Below, in pieces: positions 27,660 to 41,789 of a stretch of 64,000 nucleotides of DNA (positions are counted from its first letter, which is position 1; the number at the start of each line of letters is the position of its first letter). This DNA is from Eledone cirrhosa (Eukaryota). The position numbers and the translations under genes were made by a program. The notes below the pieces were generated by a model. It worked only from the letters and a program-made list of their open reading frames with translations. It made no database searches and was not told the DNA's origin. The DNA lies in assembly GCA_964016885.1 (NCBI GenBank), contig OZ024740.1:49600001-49664000 (forward strand), given 5' to 3'.

Positions 27660-28326
27660 TCAATGCTGAACTGAAATATGCTAAGTAGTTAAGTGATATT
27701 GATTTGGTACCGTAACACCAGACAACTTAATGTAGAGGAGTCAAAGTTAGGAGGATTAAACATAATTTAAAGGAAATAAATTTTCTGTTACATGGAAATA
27801 AATAGGAGGCAATATATGTGAAAATATGCAATGGAACAATCCTCAGAGTGAAATAATGCTAATAATGTTAATTACTGGCTAAGGAAAGAAACACTATACT
27901 TGTAATAAGAAGCAGAAAGAATGATGCATCAAATAGATTTGAAGACAGAGTAAAGCTGGTACTATTGGACGAACTAAGCAAATTATAAAAGCAATAGAAA
28001 GAGACGAAGAATGATCTCCCGGTTATGAAACTGGATATCCTCATTAAAGTGGGTTGGGCATGTATTTTTTTTTTCTTGAATGTGAAATAGTTGATACAGA
28101 GTATCAGTAACCTCAAGGTTGAGCCACCCAATATGAGAAAACAGAAAACAGAAACAGATTTAATCGAGTGTATTAACCTGCTAGAAATACCAACCAAATC
28201 TCTCACACACAATGCTCTAACGTCATTTGGAATAGAAGCCCACAAAGGATAGCCTATATACTATGTTTGGAAACAAAGGGAGTATTCACAGTTTCAATGC
28301 CTTTGACAACGAGTTTCTCGACCTGC

Positions 28327-28432
<106 letters not shown>

Positions 28433-29227
28433 GTGTGAGGAAAACTCTGAAAAAAAATACCTGCGGCTTCGGAAGAATCCGATGATGTTGATTAGTTCTC
28501 CCTTTCGAGTAGTGTTTTCGATGCTCAGAGAGTGGGATTGGTCGAGTGGGGAGCCACTTAAAAAACATTCAAAGCATAGGCATTGCTTGTTCAGGATATG
28601 TTACATTTCGTGTGGCTGGCCGTAGCCTAAAGATGCCGTAAACTCTATAATCTGACAAGCGATTGTAGTACTCTTAACAGAGTTTGCAGCCATCATATAT
28701 GTATATATAGGGGGATGTACAGGACAAAGATAACGGGGAAAAAACAACGGAAAACAGACAGCCCCATCTCCTTGGTCAACCGTTGGAGATTATTACAGGT
28801 TGAGTAAGGTTGATAATGTTCATTCCAGTGCACATTGGGACGTAACAAAACAGTTAGAGATAAAGACATGAAAAATTATGCCTTTCAGCGAATTACACAA
28901 AGACGAAAACGTATCCCAAGTGCATCAACTGAGAAAGAAGGGAGAGACAATATAGCAAGAAGAGAAATAGAAAAAAATTTAAAAGTGGTCCAAAGAGCAG
29001 ACAAAGAATGATGACAGTTTTGTTGCGTACTAATACGCACTGGTATGAACATATTCAGCTATATTGAACCGAAAGTCTAGTGATTTTCATAGGTTTTCTG
29101 AGGAGATGGGTCTGCGATTTTCCCATTGTCTTTCTCGATATTTTTGTCCTGTTTTGAATTCATTTTCGAACGAATTATCTATGCGGAAAATTTTTGGAAA
29201 CTATATATATATATATATATATATATA

Positions 29228-29480
29228 GATGTAGTAACACAAAAGTTACTTCACCACACCGAGAACGATTGTTTCACCTTATGCGGATCTTCAGCTCGGA
29301 CTGGTAATGGTTATACGAAACTGGAAGAAGAACCGTATGAACAACCATTACCAGTCCGAGCTGAAGATCCGCATACGGTGAAACAATTGTTCTCGATATG
29401 GCGAACTAACTGTTGTGCTACTACTTCTACTAAACACGTCCCATGGACTGAGTGCTCTACCACTACGGATATTACCTTCC
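29228..29480. mobile_element. Fold-back PLE pseudo-LTR pair carrying two mirror HHRs
   Basis: Imperfect inverted repeat from about 29228 to 29427; starts at (TA)n. Confidence 0.85.
29357..29395 (+). ncRNA. Hammerhead ribozyme (mirror copy at 29260-29298, -)
   Basis: cgag-CTGAAGA-tCCG-cata-CGGt-GAAA-caattg-TT-ctcg: canonical core, 4-bp stem I, palindromic stem III. Confidence 0.85.
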
Positions 29481-29485
29481 AGTGT

Positions 29486-29592
<107 letters not shown>

Positions 29593-30128
29593 CTGTGTGT
29601 ATATATATACTTGTCATAGCTTGATTGATATAAGTTGCTGTCTCGTCTTTTACTTCGTAGGACAATGCTTTGACTTGTGTCAGACGCTGTGATCCCCGGT
29701 GGACCAACAGTACAGTTTTTAGGGAGCGAAACAACCAAAGTCCATCTCAACAGCCGATGACGCTGGTGTTCTGCGTCTTTTGTTTGTAGTTTTATTTTCA
29801 AAAAGTAATTTTTTATGGTTTCCCCTTTAAAAAATAGTTTTTCGTTTTGCCTTGTTTTCGTTCGTTATCCCCCCCCCCACTCTTTGTTGATTTTCCTGCG
29901 TTTACACACACACACACACATATATACATATATATAGGAAAATGAACATTTTCCTATTACCCATCCTACTACCCAAAGTATTGAGTATTCTGGTGCGTTA
30001 TGGTCCACCTGGTTCCTTACCACACTTCCTTCGTTATATATATAAACAAATAGTAGAAAGAGAAAAGTTTTTTTCTAGAAAATGTTGAAGAGATATTTTT
30101 GGTGAAATTTCAAAACATTAATTTATTT

Positions 30129-30166
30129 ACAATACCGGTTTCAGCATTAAATGCATTTTCAATTGC
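30129..30166 (-). ncRNA. Hammerhead ribozyme variant with a U3-A8 core
   Basis: Minus strand gcaa-TTGAAAA-tGCA-tttaa-TGCt-GAAA-ccgg-TA-ttgt, followed by AATAAA. Confidence 0.7.
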
Positions 30167-30484
30167 GGATATGCAGAATATTGTTAAGTTGTATATTTGT
30201 AGAAATAGTGAAAAATAATGATAATAACAAAGAAAAAGAGAAAAAAATATATAGAGAGGGGAAGAAAAGTTAATTTTCACATATGTGGTCCTTCAGAGAA
30301 GAAAGTCATTTTGTCAGTCAAGAAGAAAGTCATTTTCTCAGTCCATCCCTCTCTGCTAATGGCCTTGTTGTGACTGGAGAAGGAAGAAGCATATATAATA
30401 TATTTCTATATTAAATATTTATACTTTACTATGTATTGAGTACCTTACTTACTGTGATTACCTAAGTTTGAACTCGGGATAAAG

Positions 30485-30642
<158 letters not shown>

Positions 30643-31813
30643 AAACTATTGGAAGCAAATAAAACCAATGAACTCGTCTCTTTCCCTGCCAAATAATATC
30701 TCAGATCCCACACTAAACACTGAGCACAGTAATTCCTCCCCGGTCGCTTTTTAAAACAAACATATATGCGCAAACTGAAAGCTATCAGCCTCAATTTCAC
30801 CAGTTCAGTGGAGTTTACAGAAAAGTATGCCTATTACCCCAACTCCTCTTACTAAATTAAAATGAAACATCGAAAAGGCAACAGAGTTCAACATTTTTCA
30901 TTTTACAGCTGCTTTGTGTGTACGTGTATGAGTATGTGTGAGAAAGATGTGGAAGAAATGAGAGAAGGTGAGAAGGGGGAGGCAGACTCTAAATATAATG
31001 TCGAGGTTTAAAAAAATGGGATAGACCTTACAAATATGGAAATATCAAATTGGTTTGCACGTATTTCTTGTTTTTAATACAAAGCAAATGTCAGATGCTT
31101 GATATGAAATTACCAAGAGAAAATGTCATCAATAATTGCAACGGAAACATATTTAGTTGAAGGTAGTCTTAGAAACTTAGAATTATCGATACATCATTTG
31201 CAAGAGAAAAATAGTTTCTTCGTGGTTAGAATACGTCATTCGGTGAGTAAATACTATGAATAAATTAACTGCTAAGATATTTAATGTAATGTCATATTAG
31301 ACAACATAAAAACACGTATAGAGGACCAGTTTCTCTTTCCTTTTTTTATATTGGTGCTTTCATGTCTAATATTGATATATTCCTTAGACATAAAGCCTCA
31401 CATCTTGACGATAGTTATAGTCGAGTACTTGAAAAGTAATTATTTTATCAATCACCGAAGGGTGAAAGGCAACGTTACTTTCTCTGCGATCAACCTCAGA
31501 ACTAAGTACAAAATACTTACTTCAATGCACTACTCTTTCTAATAATTTGTCGTCCTTTTAATATATAATATTGATTTCTTTACAAAATCAAAAGTTCTCA
31601 AATTTGGAGGGGTGTATTTATATCATCCACAATACTTGTGTAGTAGTTCTTTTATCGTCAATAGAAAGAAAGTAGAATTATCCTCAGTGGGATTTGAACT
31701 AATAACATAAAACGTCGCAAATAAATAACAGAACGCATTTTATTTGACGCCGTACGGTTTCTGACAGCCCACCTCTCTTTTAATGCATGTTATTAGATAT
31801 TGTCTATCGTTTA

Positions 31814-32109
31814 TATGATAGAATATTAAATTCTAAGTGTTAATTGAACAAGTACTTTCATGCTTTCGCAATCTTCAGGTTCATGATATGTGGTGACAGT
31901 CGAGTTTGCAATTTTCAACTGTTGAAAATTGCAAACTCGACTGTCACCACATATCATGAACCTGAAGATTGCGAAAGCATGAAAGTACTTGTTCAATTAA
32001 CACTTAGAATTTAATATTCTATCATACTATTTCATTATAATACCATTATATATATTTTAAAGGATCGTAAATAAAACGAGTAAATCAGACAAAGTTGGAA
32101 TTCCTCTTA

Positions 32110-32112
<3 letters not shown>
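31814..32112. mobile_element. Fold-back PLE pseudo-LTR: perfect 106-bp-arm inverted repeat (31814-32026) plus a 3' extension to (TA)n
   Basis: Centre at 31920; arms read as exact reverse complements. Confidence 0.9.
31957..31995 (+). ncRNA. Hammerhead ribozyme (mirror copy at 31845-31883, -)
   Basis: tgaac-CTGAAGA-tTGC-gaaa-GCAt-GAAA-gtac-TT-gttca: 5-bp stem I, GNRA-capped stem II, palindromic stem III. Confidence 0.85.
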
Positions 32113-32206
<94 letters not shown>

Positions 32207-32211
32207 TTATT

Positions 32212-33935
32212 TATTTATTTATTTATTTATTAAAATAACAGATCAAAGTTTAAGCAAAGAATCGCTGCTTTCACCCTTAACGGGATCTTCTGAAACTAAA
32301 AGAATCAATCTGTGAACGCAGAAGTAAATATTTCGAAAAACGTTGCAACCGAAGGAAGACAGGAAGACGATACTTTGGTTCGTGGAAACGTTCCCTGGCA
32401 GAGAACGGAAAAAAATGAAGATAATACGTCATTATTTGGAGCGGTGAAAACAATTACACGCAAAGATAAAACCGCATTTATGGTATAAATGAAGTCGTAG
32501 AATAATATTCTATTAGGTGGTTCGTGGAGACGTTCTCTGGCAAGGAACTGGAAACAACGAAGATAATACGTCATTATGAGGAGCGATGAGAACAACTACA
32601 CGCGAAGACAAAACCACGTTTATGGTATAACTGAAGTCATAACTAAAACTCTATTAGGAAACCGAATCATTCTCGGCTTCAGAGTTAAGAATAATGTAAA
32701 TAAATTACAGAGGTAATTGAAATCAACAAAAATTAAGTATATACATGCACGCATCCATATACGTATATACACATATGCATACGCGAAAACACCCGCCATA
32801 GGTATGCAAATACAAGCATGTACACAAAAACACGCACGCACATACAGAACCCACGCAACGCCTGTACCCGCGCACATACGAACGTATACATCAAATACAC
32901 AAAAAAATATATATAAATATATATATACGTGTGTGTGTGACCGTGTATACATATAATTATATAAACGTATATAAATATACACACATAAATACGTATATAG
33001 CGCGCGCACACACATACCTACAAGTAAATACACATGTTCGCTAAACGTACATCAACCAAAACACAAGTACACATATACACACACCCGACATACGTGCGAA
33101 CCCGCATACTCACACAGACGCAAAACTCACGTATACACATGACCATATGCACATGTACATAATATAATATATTCGCCTATAACATATACAAGCAAATATA
33201 CATACGACAAAGTATACGAATCTTCACAAAACATACAGGTAATATATACTTACCTATACAAATAAGTAATGGTATAAACATAACATATACTTAGCTACCA
33301 CATCATGACGTAAATTATCCGCGTATAGTTCGTACTATCCGTTAGAGCATAATGTGGGGCTGTAATACAGGAAAGTTTTGTGCAATTTATGTTTACAAGC
33401 CGAAATTGCCTCAGGTGTTTTGTTTAAGATGTGGTCTTTGGCGTAGAGTATTTCCAGGGCTTCAGCGGCGCAGAGGTCACATGGTCTTTTATTTCCGTTA
33501 TACGCTCTAGCCCTAGCTAGGATTTCCCAGTGTAACTTATATTGGGTGTGGTTGTCTTTTAGACTCCAGATATAAGCTGAAAGTGACGTCATATTCCTTC
33601 TTAGAGGGTTAAGAAAAGAATGGGTATGCATGTAAAGACGCTGCTTGAATCTATTGGCGGTTAACACTATCTAGGCCCTACGGGCCGTGGGTGTTTCAAC
33701 CTTACATTTGTAGACAATTTTACTAAAGAGACATTTCCAGGATAGGGAGCAGTCAACCCGATTCCTACAATTACAGTTAGTACTAGCTACAGGGTTGCAC
33801 GTGTTCCTACGGCTACGAATTTAGCTAAATTGGAAGCTGTGATGTTATGTGCAAGGTCAGGAGTCGTAGAGTAAGAAATTTTAATGGTATTTCTATTAAA
33901 AATTTTACTATATTTATGTGCTGGGGGGAAATATA
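32212..33935 (-). mobile_element. 5'-truncated Hydra-clade-like Penelope element (endonuclease end, 3' UTR and pLTR)
   Basis: GIY-YIG remnant, UTR with a duplicated block of about 130 bp, HHR-like CAGAAGA-tCCC-gttaa-GGGt-GAAA near 32262-32292, ending at the TA-rich tract. Confidence 0.8.
33335..33931 (-). pseudogene. PLE thumb/linker plus GIY-YIG endonuclease fragment
   Basis: FPPAHKYSKIFNRNTIKISYSTTP, NCNCRNRVDC..C, IVYKC, FKQRLYMH..SF, LHWEIL, CDLCAAE..LNK..CKH; homologous to 46946-47700. Confidence 0.85.
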
Positions 33936-34480
33936 CTAGCAGATTTACCCGGCGTCGCCTGGGGGTTGAAATTATGCTAAGAATATACAGCTAGGAAGTA
34001 AAAGAAGAAAATTATTTGTCCCCAACCTGTCAAAATAAGGAGAAGTCTTCAATCATTAATGCAAACGAATATTTTGTACAATATTTGCACACATAAAACT
34101 ATGCTGATAATGACGGAAAACACTGAACAGGATGTAGTTATACAAATGATTAAAGACAATACACGTTGCAAATCTGTAAAGTAAACAGGCAATTCCAGCG
34201 ACGGGCAGAGTTTGACCTTGCGACTTGTTTATGGACATCGCAAAGGCAACACAAAGGGGAAATTGGGTTCGGCGAAAGAAAAAATAATTTTGCTATCGAT
34301 TTTTTATTGCTCAAATTGGGTCGATTTGAAAAATGTGTATGATGTGACCATCTTAGCGACAGGTGCAACGTGCACAGAAAATTTGGTCAAATTCGGTTGG
34401 GAATTGTAAAAGCCTTAGCTATCCAAAGTTGTCTACACACACACACACACACACATCCTCGCTTTTATATATATAGAAGA
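33936..34480 (-). mobile_element. Non-autonomous Helitron retaining a helicase remnant
   Basis: Minus-strand 5' TC (tcttctatatatataaaagc), 3' hairpin cccaggcgacgccggg plus CTAG, inserted between A and T; encodes MSINKSQGQTL. Confidence 0.85.
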
Positions 34481-34488
34481 TATATATA

Positions 34489-35110
34489 ATTCTTCATTTA
34501 TTATATATATCCTACTTGCAACAACACAGCTCGCCATTTTTCATTCATATATGCTTTCTCCTTCGCTGTGACCTGTCTTTTTCTCTTCCCTTACTGCTAT
34601 CCTCTTTCTCTCCCCTTCTCTCTCCTTCTCCCTTTTACTTTCACTCAACCTCTCTGCTAGTCACCCTCTCTCAGCTAGCCCCTCCTCACACTTCACTCAC
34701 TCACTCTCTGCTACTCACCCTCTCTCTCACTTCATCCACAACGTACGAGATTCTTTCCTCGCTCACATCCGTACGGCCAAGATGTGTCTTTGCCTTCTCG
34801 TCCATATTCGCAAGTTCTTATGTTCAAAATGAATTATTGACTTGATTTTCTCATGTTTTCCTCTCTTTACGTTGCCTCACCATTCGTGTTTGTTTACCTG
34901 TCTCTCTTTCTCCACCCAACTCTTTTTATCCCAATAACTTGATTTAGGTATTGTATCGCCCTAGCTTGAGGTATATGGTCTGTAATGCGAAGAAATACCT
35001 ATGATGGCTAGTAGACCACTGATGACGGATATTCCTGTCTTCTATTTCTAATTCTTCATTTATATATATATCCTATATGCAACAACACAGCTCGCCATTT
35101 TTCATTTATA
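34489..35110 (+). mobile_element. PLE-like terminal fragment bounded by direct repeats of about 60 bp (partial tandem pLTR)
   Basis: aattcttcattta..tcctac/tatgcaacaacacagctcgccatttttcatt at about 34489-34548 and 35051-35107; truncated CTGATGA core at about 35019. Confidence 0.55.
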
Positions 35111-35228
35111 TATATATATATATATATATGTGCACATACATATATATATATATAAATAAATATATATACAAGGGCGGTGCCCCAGCATGGCCTCAGCCGG
35201 ATGGCTGGAACAGGTAAAAGAGAGGGTA

Positions 35229-35275
<47 letters not shown>

Positions 35276-35414
35276 CAATGTATCAACCAAACTGCACCCC
35301 TCATATATACATATATATATATATATAAATGTTTGTGTGTGTGTGTGGATGTACGAGTGGTGTAGTTTACTTGAGGTAGTGCGGAATATAAATATAAGGA
35401 TACATTTCCTTATA

Positions 35415-35505
<91 letters not shown>

Positions 35506-35746
35506 CGCAGTACTCTAATCATATAGAGAGCTACGGTAAAGCAGTTTTGGGGAAGATTGAATCTAAATAAATACAAGAACAGCGATTGAACTTTATCTTT
35601 AAAATATATTCCGTCTGGAATTTCAATATTGTGCATATTAGATATCGTTTTCTGTTCGGTTTGATAACATATATTTATAGAATATATATTTGAGTGTCCG
35701 GTTACGAAATTTGGTTAATAACTATAACAGTTTGTCTAGAATGTTC

Positions 35747-35817
<71 letters not shown>

Positions 35818-35960
35818 CAGGATAGGGAGCCTAACGCTCTAGCTTAAACCATTCCGATAACAAGATGGGAAGTTAATCCTGATTAAATATATCTATACTC
35901 CACTTTCCTTATATATGGCATACCAAGTTGAATAAGGATCTTTCTAGACTTACCTAATAA

Positions 35961-36202
35961 GGTAAAGGGTAAAGACACCCTTCGATCATGAATGACCATG
36001 GAATTTGCACCTATGAAGTTCTCCTCCGAGGCACAAATCTGAATAATTTGTGTGTGGAAGGCCAGCAGTCGTCCATGTACACCAGTCTCCTCTCTCCACA
36101 CCACCGATAATGTCCAAATGAAAGGCAATGATCGATACAACTTGGCACCAGTGATGTCACAACTCATTTCTAGAACTGAGTAAACTGGAACAACGTGAAA
36201 AT
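35961..36202 (-). mobile_element. Headless SINE body (Meta-like domain)
   Basis: caactcattt..ctgagtaaactggaacaacgtgaaa matches the core of 45841-46160 and 61670-61918. Confidence 0.6.
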
Positions 36203-36343
36203 GATGTAGGTATGTGTGTTGACGCGTGTATGTTGTGGGTTCGTCTTAGGGAGAAGTGTTTATTAACAAATACGGACCCCGTCTAAACACTTCTCCCTAA
36301 GACGAACCCACAACATACACACGTCAACATACATACCTACATC
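36203..36343. repeat. Inverted repeat with arms of about 60 bp
   Basis: 36203-36262 versus 36284-36343, 2 mismatches. Confidence 0.9.
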
Positions 36344-36742
36344 AGCATACATCCTACATACATTTCTATCCACATATAAACACAATGACATACGTAAACA
36401 CACATGTTCTGTGGTGCAACACAAATATACACACATTTGCATACCTTTTGATGTTTATAGATACACACATACATATACGCACACATGCATTGCACACTGA
36501 TGGGCACATACATATTTGTACACAAGTATTACCATACGGCAGGGCCTAATGGATTCCCCTTGCAGCACGAACAATCTGGACACTCACACACACCTTGGTG
36601 TTATGACAATACTATACATCATTTCACCCCTTTTATTATTAATGTTTTTGATGTTCTTTTGAGAGAATCGTTTTTGCAAATTACTGAAAATATCGAATAA
36701 TGTACACCATTTTTACCAGTATCACAAAAATACTGGTACATC

Positions 36743-36774
<32 letters not shown>

Positions 36775-36932
36775 TACACACGCGTACACTAACATACAAA
36801 CAGACAGACACACACACACACCCACTTCTCCGTATAAAGCAAGAGCTGAAAAATATCTTTCAACATGTTAATATATCCCCCACACACACATTCCTCTGAC
36901 CGAATTTATTCCCTCTACCACGAACCACTCTG

Positions 36933-36994
<62 letters not shown>

Positions 36995-37599
36995 TTGTCT
37001 TAATAGACACCTGAACTGTTGACCTTTCAACATGACTGCAATTCACACACACATCCCTACTGACCATTATCACAACAATGAACCTCTTTACTACACACAC
37101 ACACACACACACATATTTGTCATAAAAGACTTATTTTTCAGTGACTTTTCAATCAGGCGAAAAAGGATACTCTTCGACAAACCTACATAGTGCGCAAAAT
37201 CAATTTTAACATTCACGTGACCTCTACCGACCAATCAAAATTGTTTTGACTACAAGAATTCCTGCAACACGAATTGGCGCGAAGTTTATAGTACTCATTC
37301 ACGTGACATTCAACAACCAACCAAATCTTAATACCTCTGGAGCCACTTTTTTCACATAAAACAGGAAGAATTTCCAAAACTGATCAGATTAGAGCAAACA
37401 TCACGGGCGCTCTATCTCGAAATTATTTTTGAAAAGCATTAGAAATACGCAACCGGTAAAAACTTAAAACTAAAACTGAATACTAACTAATACTTAATAC
37501 TAATTTATACTTATTCCTAATTAAATTATTTTTCACTGGGAAAAATTTGTCAGCATTTTCTTTTCCTTTTACTAATATATCACAACTCGTGTGTCACAC

Positions 37600-37686
<87 letters not shown>

Positions 37687-37693
<7 letters not shown>

Positions 37694-37980
37694 AAAGGAT
37701 AGCAAGGACGATTGCTTACTCCTTCATTACATTTATTGGTAGGTGACGCGCCTTTCGCCACTGATCAGCTCAAGGTTCGATCTGTATCGATCTTACCCGA
37801 CTCTATAATCGGCAGCTCGGCGAATCCTAGCATTTTAAAGGGTCCGTCGAGCTGCTGATTATAGAGTCGGGTAAAATCGATACAGATCGAACCTTGAGCT
37901 AATCAGTGGCGAAACGCGCGTCACCTACCAATAAATGTAATGAAGGAGTAACCAATTGTCCTTGTTATCCTTTCAATATA
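37687..37980. mobile_element. Fold-back PLE-type terminal pair with a long-stem-II HHR-like motif (37841-37925, +)
   Basis: Imperfect arms of about 140 bp. ggt-CCGTCGA-gctgctgatta..taatcagtggc-GAAAC-gcgc-GTC-acc, followed by AATAAA; the core is degenerate. Confidence 0.7.
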
Positions 37981-38079
37981 ATACACCCTGTATAGCTCTA
38001 CACCTCAACACAGAAGTGAACCTAAACATCGAGTGCTCACCCGGGTTAACCTGCAGTAACTCCAAGTTACACTCCCTAG

Positions 38080-38128
<49 letters not shown>

Positions 38129-38238
38129 CTTGATGGCGACCGACTAAAGTAGAAGATGCTAGATGGTCGGTCGTCCTCTTGTCTATGATTTTCAGTCCCA
38201 TGGATTTTATCTGTTATATTCCTTTGTTATATTTCGAA

Positions 38239-38294
38239 TACCTGATGATATCACCGGATTCATACGGAACCCGGTCATTGAAATGATCATAGTG
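38239..38294 (+). ncRNA. Hammerhead ribozyme motif in a TA-flanked fragment (38130-38345)
   Basis: tac-CTGATGA-..ACCGG..CCGGT..-GAAA-tgatca-TA-gtg, followed by AATAAA. Confidence 0.7.
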
Positions 38295-38341
38295 TAATAA
38301 ACCTTTCAATGATTTACACATGTCCAGCCTCCTGTTATTTT

Positions 38342-38443
<102 letters not shown>

Positions 38444-38446
38444 CTT

Positions 38447-38543
<97 letters not shown>

Positions 38544-38599
38544 AGTCCCAGGTTCAATCGGGGATAACCTTAATACATTAGTAGAGAACATACAAAATG

Positions 38600-38718
38600 T
38601 AATATAGATGTGGCTTCTACAGGACTAGAACTGTTTCATTCGAAGGAAATCATCAGGAATGCCCCTGATTTCCTTCGAATGAAACAGTTCTAGTCCTGCA
38701 GAAGCCATTTCTATATTA
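38600..38718. repeat. Fold-back with an HHR-like core on the minus arm (about 38623-38657)
   Basis: Inverted arms of about 55 bp. Minus strand CTGATGA-tTTC-cttc-GAAt-GAAAC; the plus arm lacks 3 nt of the core and stem I is not evident. Confidence 0.7.
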
Positions 38719-38741
38719 AATTATACATACATACCCCCCCC

Positions 38742-38773
<32 letters not shown>

Positions 38774-38854
38774 CATATATACATATAAGGAAAAAAGATG
38801 AAATCGAAAATGCAACTGGAGTCTTTTTTTTTTAAATATATATTTATTTGCTTC

Positions 38855-38890
38855 CTTTACCGGTTTCGCAGTTCTTCTGCTTTTCAAAAG
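38855..38890 (-). ncRNA. Hammerhead ribozyme variant with a U3-A8 core
   Basis: Minus strand ctt-TTGAAAA-GCAG-aagaa-CTGC-GAAA-ccgg-TA-aag, followed by AATAAA. Confidence 0.75.
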
Positions 38891-38919
38891 TAGAATTGAG
38901 ATGGAGGGTTTGTGGTTTT

Positions 38920-38979
<60 letters not shown>

Positions 38980-40079
38980 GTATATAAGTTGGACAAACTA
39001 AAATAAGACAGTTTCACTCATATATTGTCCCCAACTGCAGTTTGAGAATTAATTGACAATACTAGTTATCTCAATAAATTCAAACAACCAACATTGTGGA
39101 TGTAGAGAAAGGTAGACGTTTAATATTTCTATAAGTCTTACTATATCTAGGAGTATATTATTCAATGTTTCCATACATTTTGAAGATCATATATTATATT
39201 TTGCAGGGTATCTGGCTGCTGTTTGTAGCAGAACAAACGATTACATAATCTCCCACGTTGCTTCTGTTTGATTTACTATGTGGGAGGAGACCATCTTTAG
39301 TCTATGAAGCTCAGTATTACTGCTATTAATATTCACACATTTTACTTCTCACTTATTTCCTTTTATAATTATTTAAAATTTACATGCTGTCTGCAGATAG
39401 TGTTCAGAGTGAAATACATTTTTTTCTCTTGTTTTTACTTCGTTTACAATTTCAATAACCTGCTTATCAAGTGTTTTTCTGTGCTTAGCTTGATAAAAAG
39501 TTTATATTTGAGGGTTTGATTACGAAATTTGCTTAACAAATGATAAATTTGTTTAATAAAATTTTGCTTTGAATGCAATACAATGTAATACCAAACTTTC
39601 TATAATATATATCAACCAATAATATAAGTCAGTATCGGTTATATACTTGAGTGCAGTGTTATTTCTTTTGGTGCTGAAACTGCCATTTGTTACATCCCCG
39701 TTCTGTATATATGCCGCACCAATACATCAACGATGGTTAAGACATTAATGAGGAGGTATAGATTTTCACTATATTGTTGATATGTGGCACTACAGCCGTG
39801 ATGTAACATACGGCTCAGAATTTCACTGAACTAAAAGAGGGTCGTGAACTTTAACAAATATAAGTGCTGAAACAGGATCTATGAGAATTTCTGCGAGTGT
39901 TACTATCAGGTTCACGGGATTGAAACCCCCGCTCACCCCCAACAGAGTTTAGATGAGTATGTTGTTAACAGTTCAATAATCGGTGTATATATTTGGGTGA
40001 GTCGGCCTTCATCATCCTCCGCACACTCTCCCAGGATATTTATTATAAATGAAATTTATTATAAGATATTGTAGCTTCT

Positions 40080-40930
40080 CCATCATTAGGTAGAATTTCA
40101 GTAGACAGGTAGCGTTTATCAAGGACACGCATTTTAATTAGCAGGTATTTATACATACTTTAATGTTCAGAAGTTTGAGAAACTTTCAAGGATATTTTAA
40201 ACATAAGGTGCAGCAAATTGGGACAATTTTGTATCTGTACCAAACTGCTTTTTCAGTCCATGCAGTACGATCAACTGAATCAATTTATGAGCAAAAACAA
40301 TTGCATTGGAGGGTTTCAGTAAATATACTGATAGTAACCCAAATCTATGTTACTTATCGTACATTAAAATTAAGTCTAATGGAAATTATTCCGAAGAGAA
40401 ACTTTGCAACAGAGCTTCATATGTTCTTCTGTCTCAAAATGAAGATACAGCGCTTCATAAATTCGCCCGGCGGCGGAAATTGTTTAAAACAAGCTAGCTA
40501 CCTAGATGATGCCAAAAATACAGCCTATTTTGCGGCCTCTTTTGTAAATTTGTTGTTCTAATTGAGAGGTAAAATTCTAGAGTTCCTTTTGATTTACGGT
40601 AAATAGTACAATTTATTTGTAAAAGGGACTAATTCCTTGGAATTTTCCGCAATTTCTAGTCTATGATTAAGACAGTGGAAAATTATCACTCCAGAGTAAT
40701 GTTCATTGAGAATTATTAGAACATCAGATTTGACACAAAGCAAGACCCTCACCTTATTTTTGACAAATATCACAATATTCCGTTTCAAATAAGTGTCAAC
40801 AAACACCTAGTTGATTAAACAGTTTAGTAGAGACTTATGAGTTCATTTAGATGTTTACTAATTCAATAGATGCAATCAGTTCAAAAAGGCCTAAAAGCAT
40901 AACACGAAGATCATCTTTCACATCTATATT
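40080..40930 (-). pseudogene. Highly decayed hAT-like (ZNF862/KIAA1586-type) transposase relic
   Basis: Minus strand IIFHCLNHRLEIA...FTNKLY, followed by KIGCIFGII*VAS, which resembles the HCxxHRLxL and downstream TRWxS motifs of this family. Boundaries are uncertain. Confidence 0.55.
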
Positions 40931-41754
40931 ATAATTCCGCTTGTTCGTTCGTTTGAGCGATACGCTTTAGCTTGTTAGAGAGAGGAGGAGGTGGAGTAAG
41001 TGAGATACAGGGGGAGTTCAAGTGGGTGGGAGAAAGAAGGGGAGTATGAAAGCGGTAGGGAAGTGTAGTGAGAGAAATATATTCGATAAAATTGAGAAAT
41101 GAGAAAGAGATGTAGAAGTAATCACAATACAACTAAAGAGTGGGGATGGGAGGGTAAACGACTGAAGAGGGACAAATGTCTTCTGTAGGGGGATAATTTG
41201 TTATTTATATTTTACTTATTCTTTAACTCTCCCCATTTTACATATATATATATATATAGTACTAAAACTCTGTGCTTGTGTGCTTGTCTGTAATTTAATA
41301 CAGCGAAAACGGCACATAATGGAAAAATACTTTGAAAGGAAGTTGCCCCTGAAATGGGAATACAAATGGAATAAAACAAGTTACGCGTAAATCAGAGCAA
41401 GGGTTCCCCAGATGCGGGTTTTTTCCGGGTACATTCATAAATAAAGTGAGAGAAAGATAGAGAGAAAGAGATAGTGGCTGAGGGAGTAGATTGAAAGAGA
41501 GACATAGAGAGAGAGAGAGAAGGAGGCAGAGAAAGAAAATGGAAGAGAGAGAGGGGGAGGAGGAAGGGAGAGAGAGGGGAAGAGAGTTGGTAGTGTTGTT
41601 GAATGAAATTATAACAGGTGACCTCAAAGAATCGAATACAGCATTACTGTCTAGCTCGAATTTGGTGACTGAATATTAAATATCTATCATATAACTTGTG
41701 TTAGGACAGGATGTGTGTAGCGAATATTTCTTGCTAAATAGGAAGGGTTTCTAA

Positions 41755-41787
<33 letters not shown>

Positions 41788-41789
<2 letters not shown>

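Noticed and set aside
35015-35045. CTGATGA followed by a small hairpin
   Set aside because: No GAAA half follows, so it is at best a truncated HHR. The same applies to CTGAAGA at about 41162.
37687-37980. A/G and T/C differences between arms as a trace of RNA editing before retrotransposition
   Set aside because: Too few sites, changes in both directions, and compatible with ordinary transition bias.
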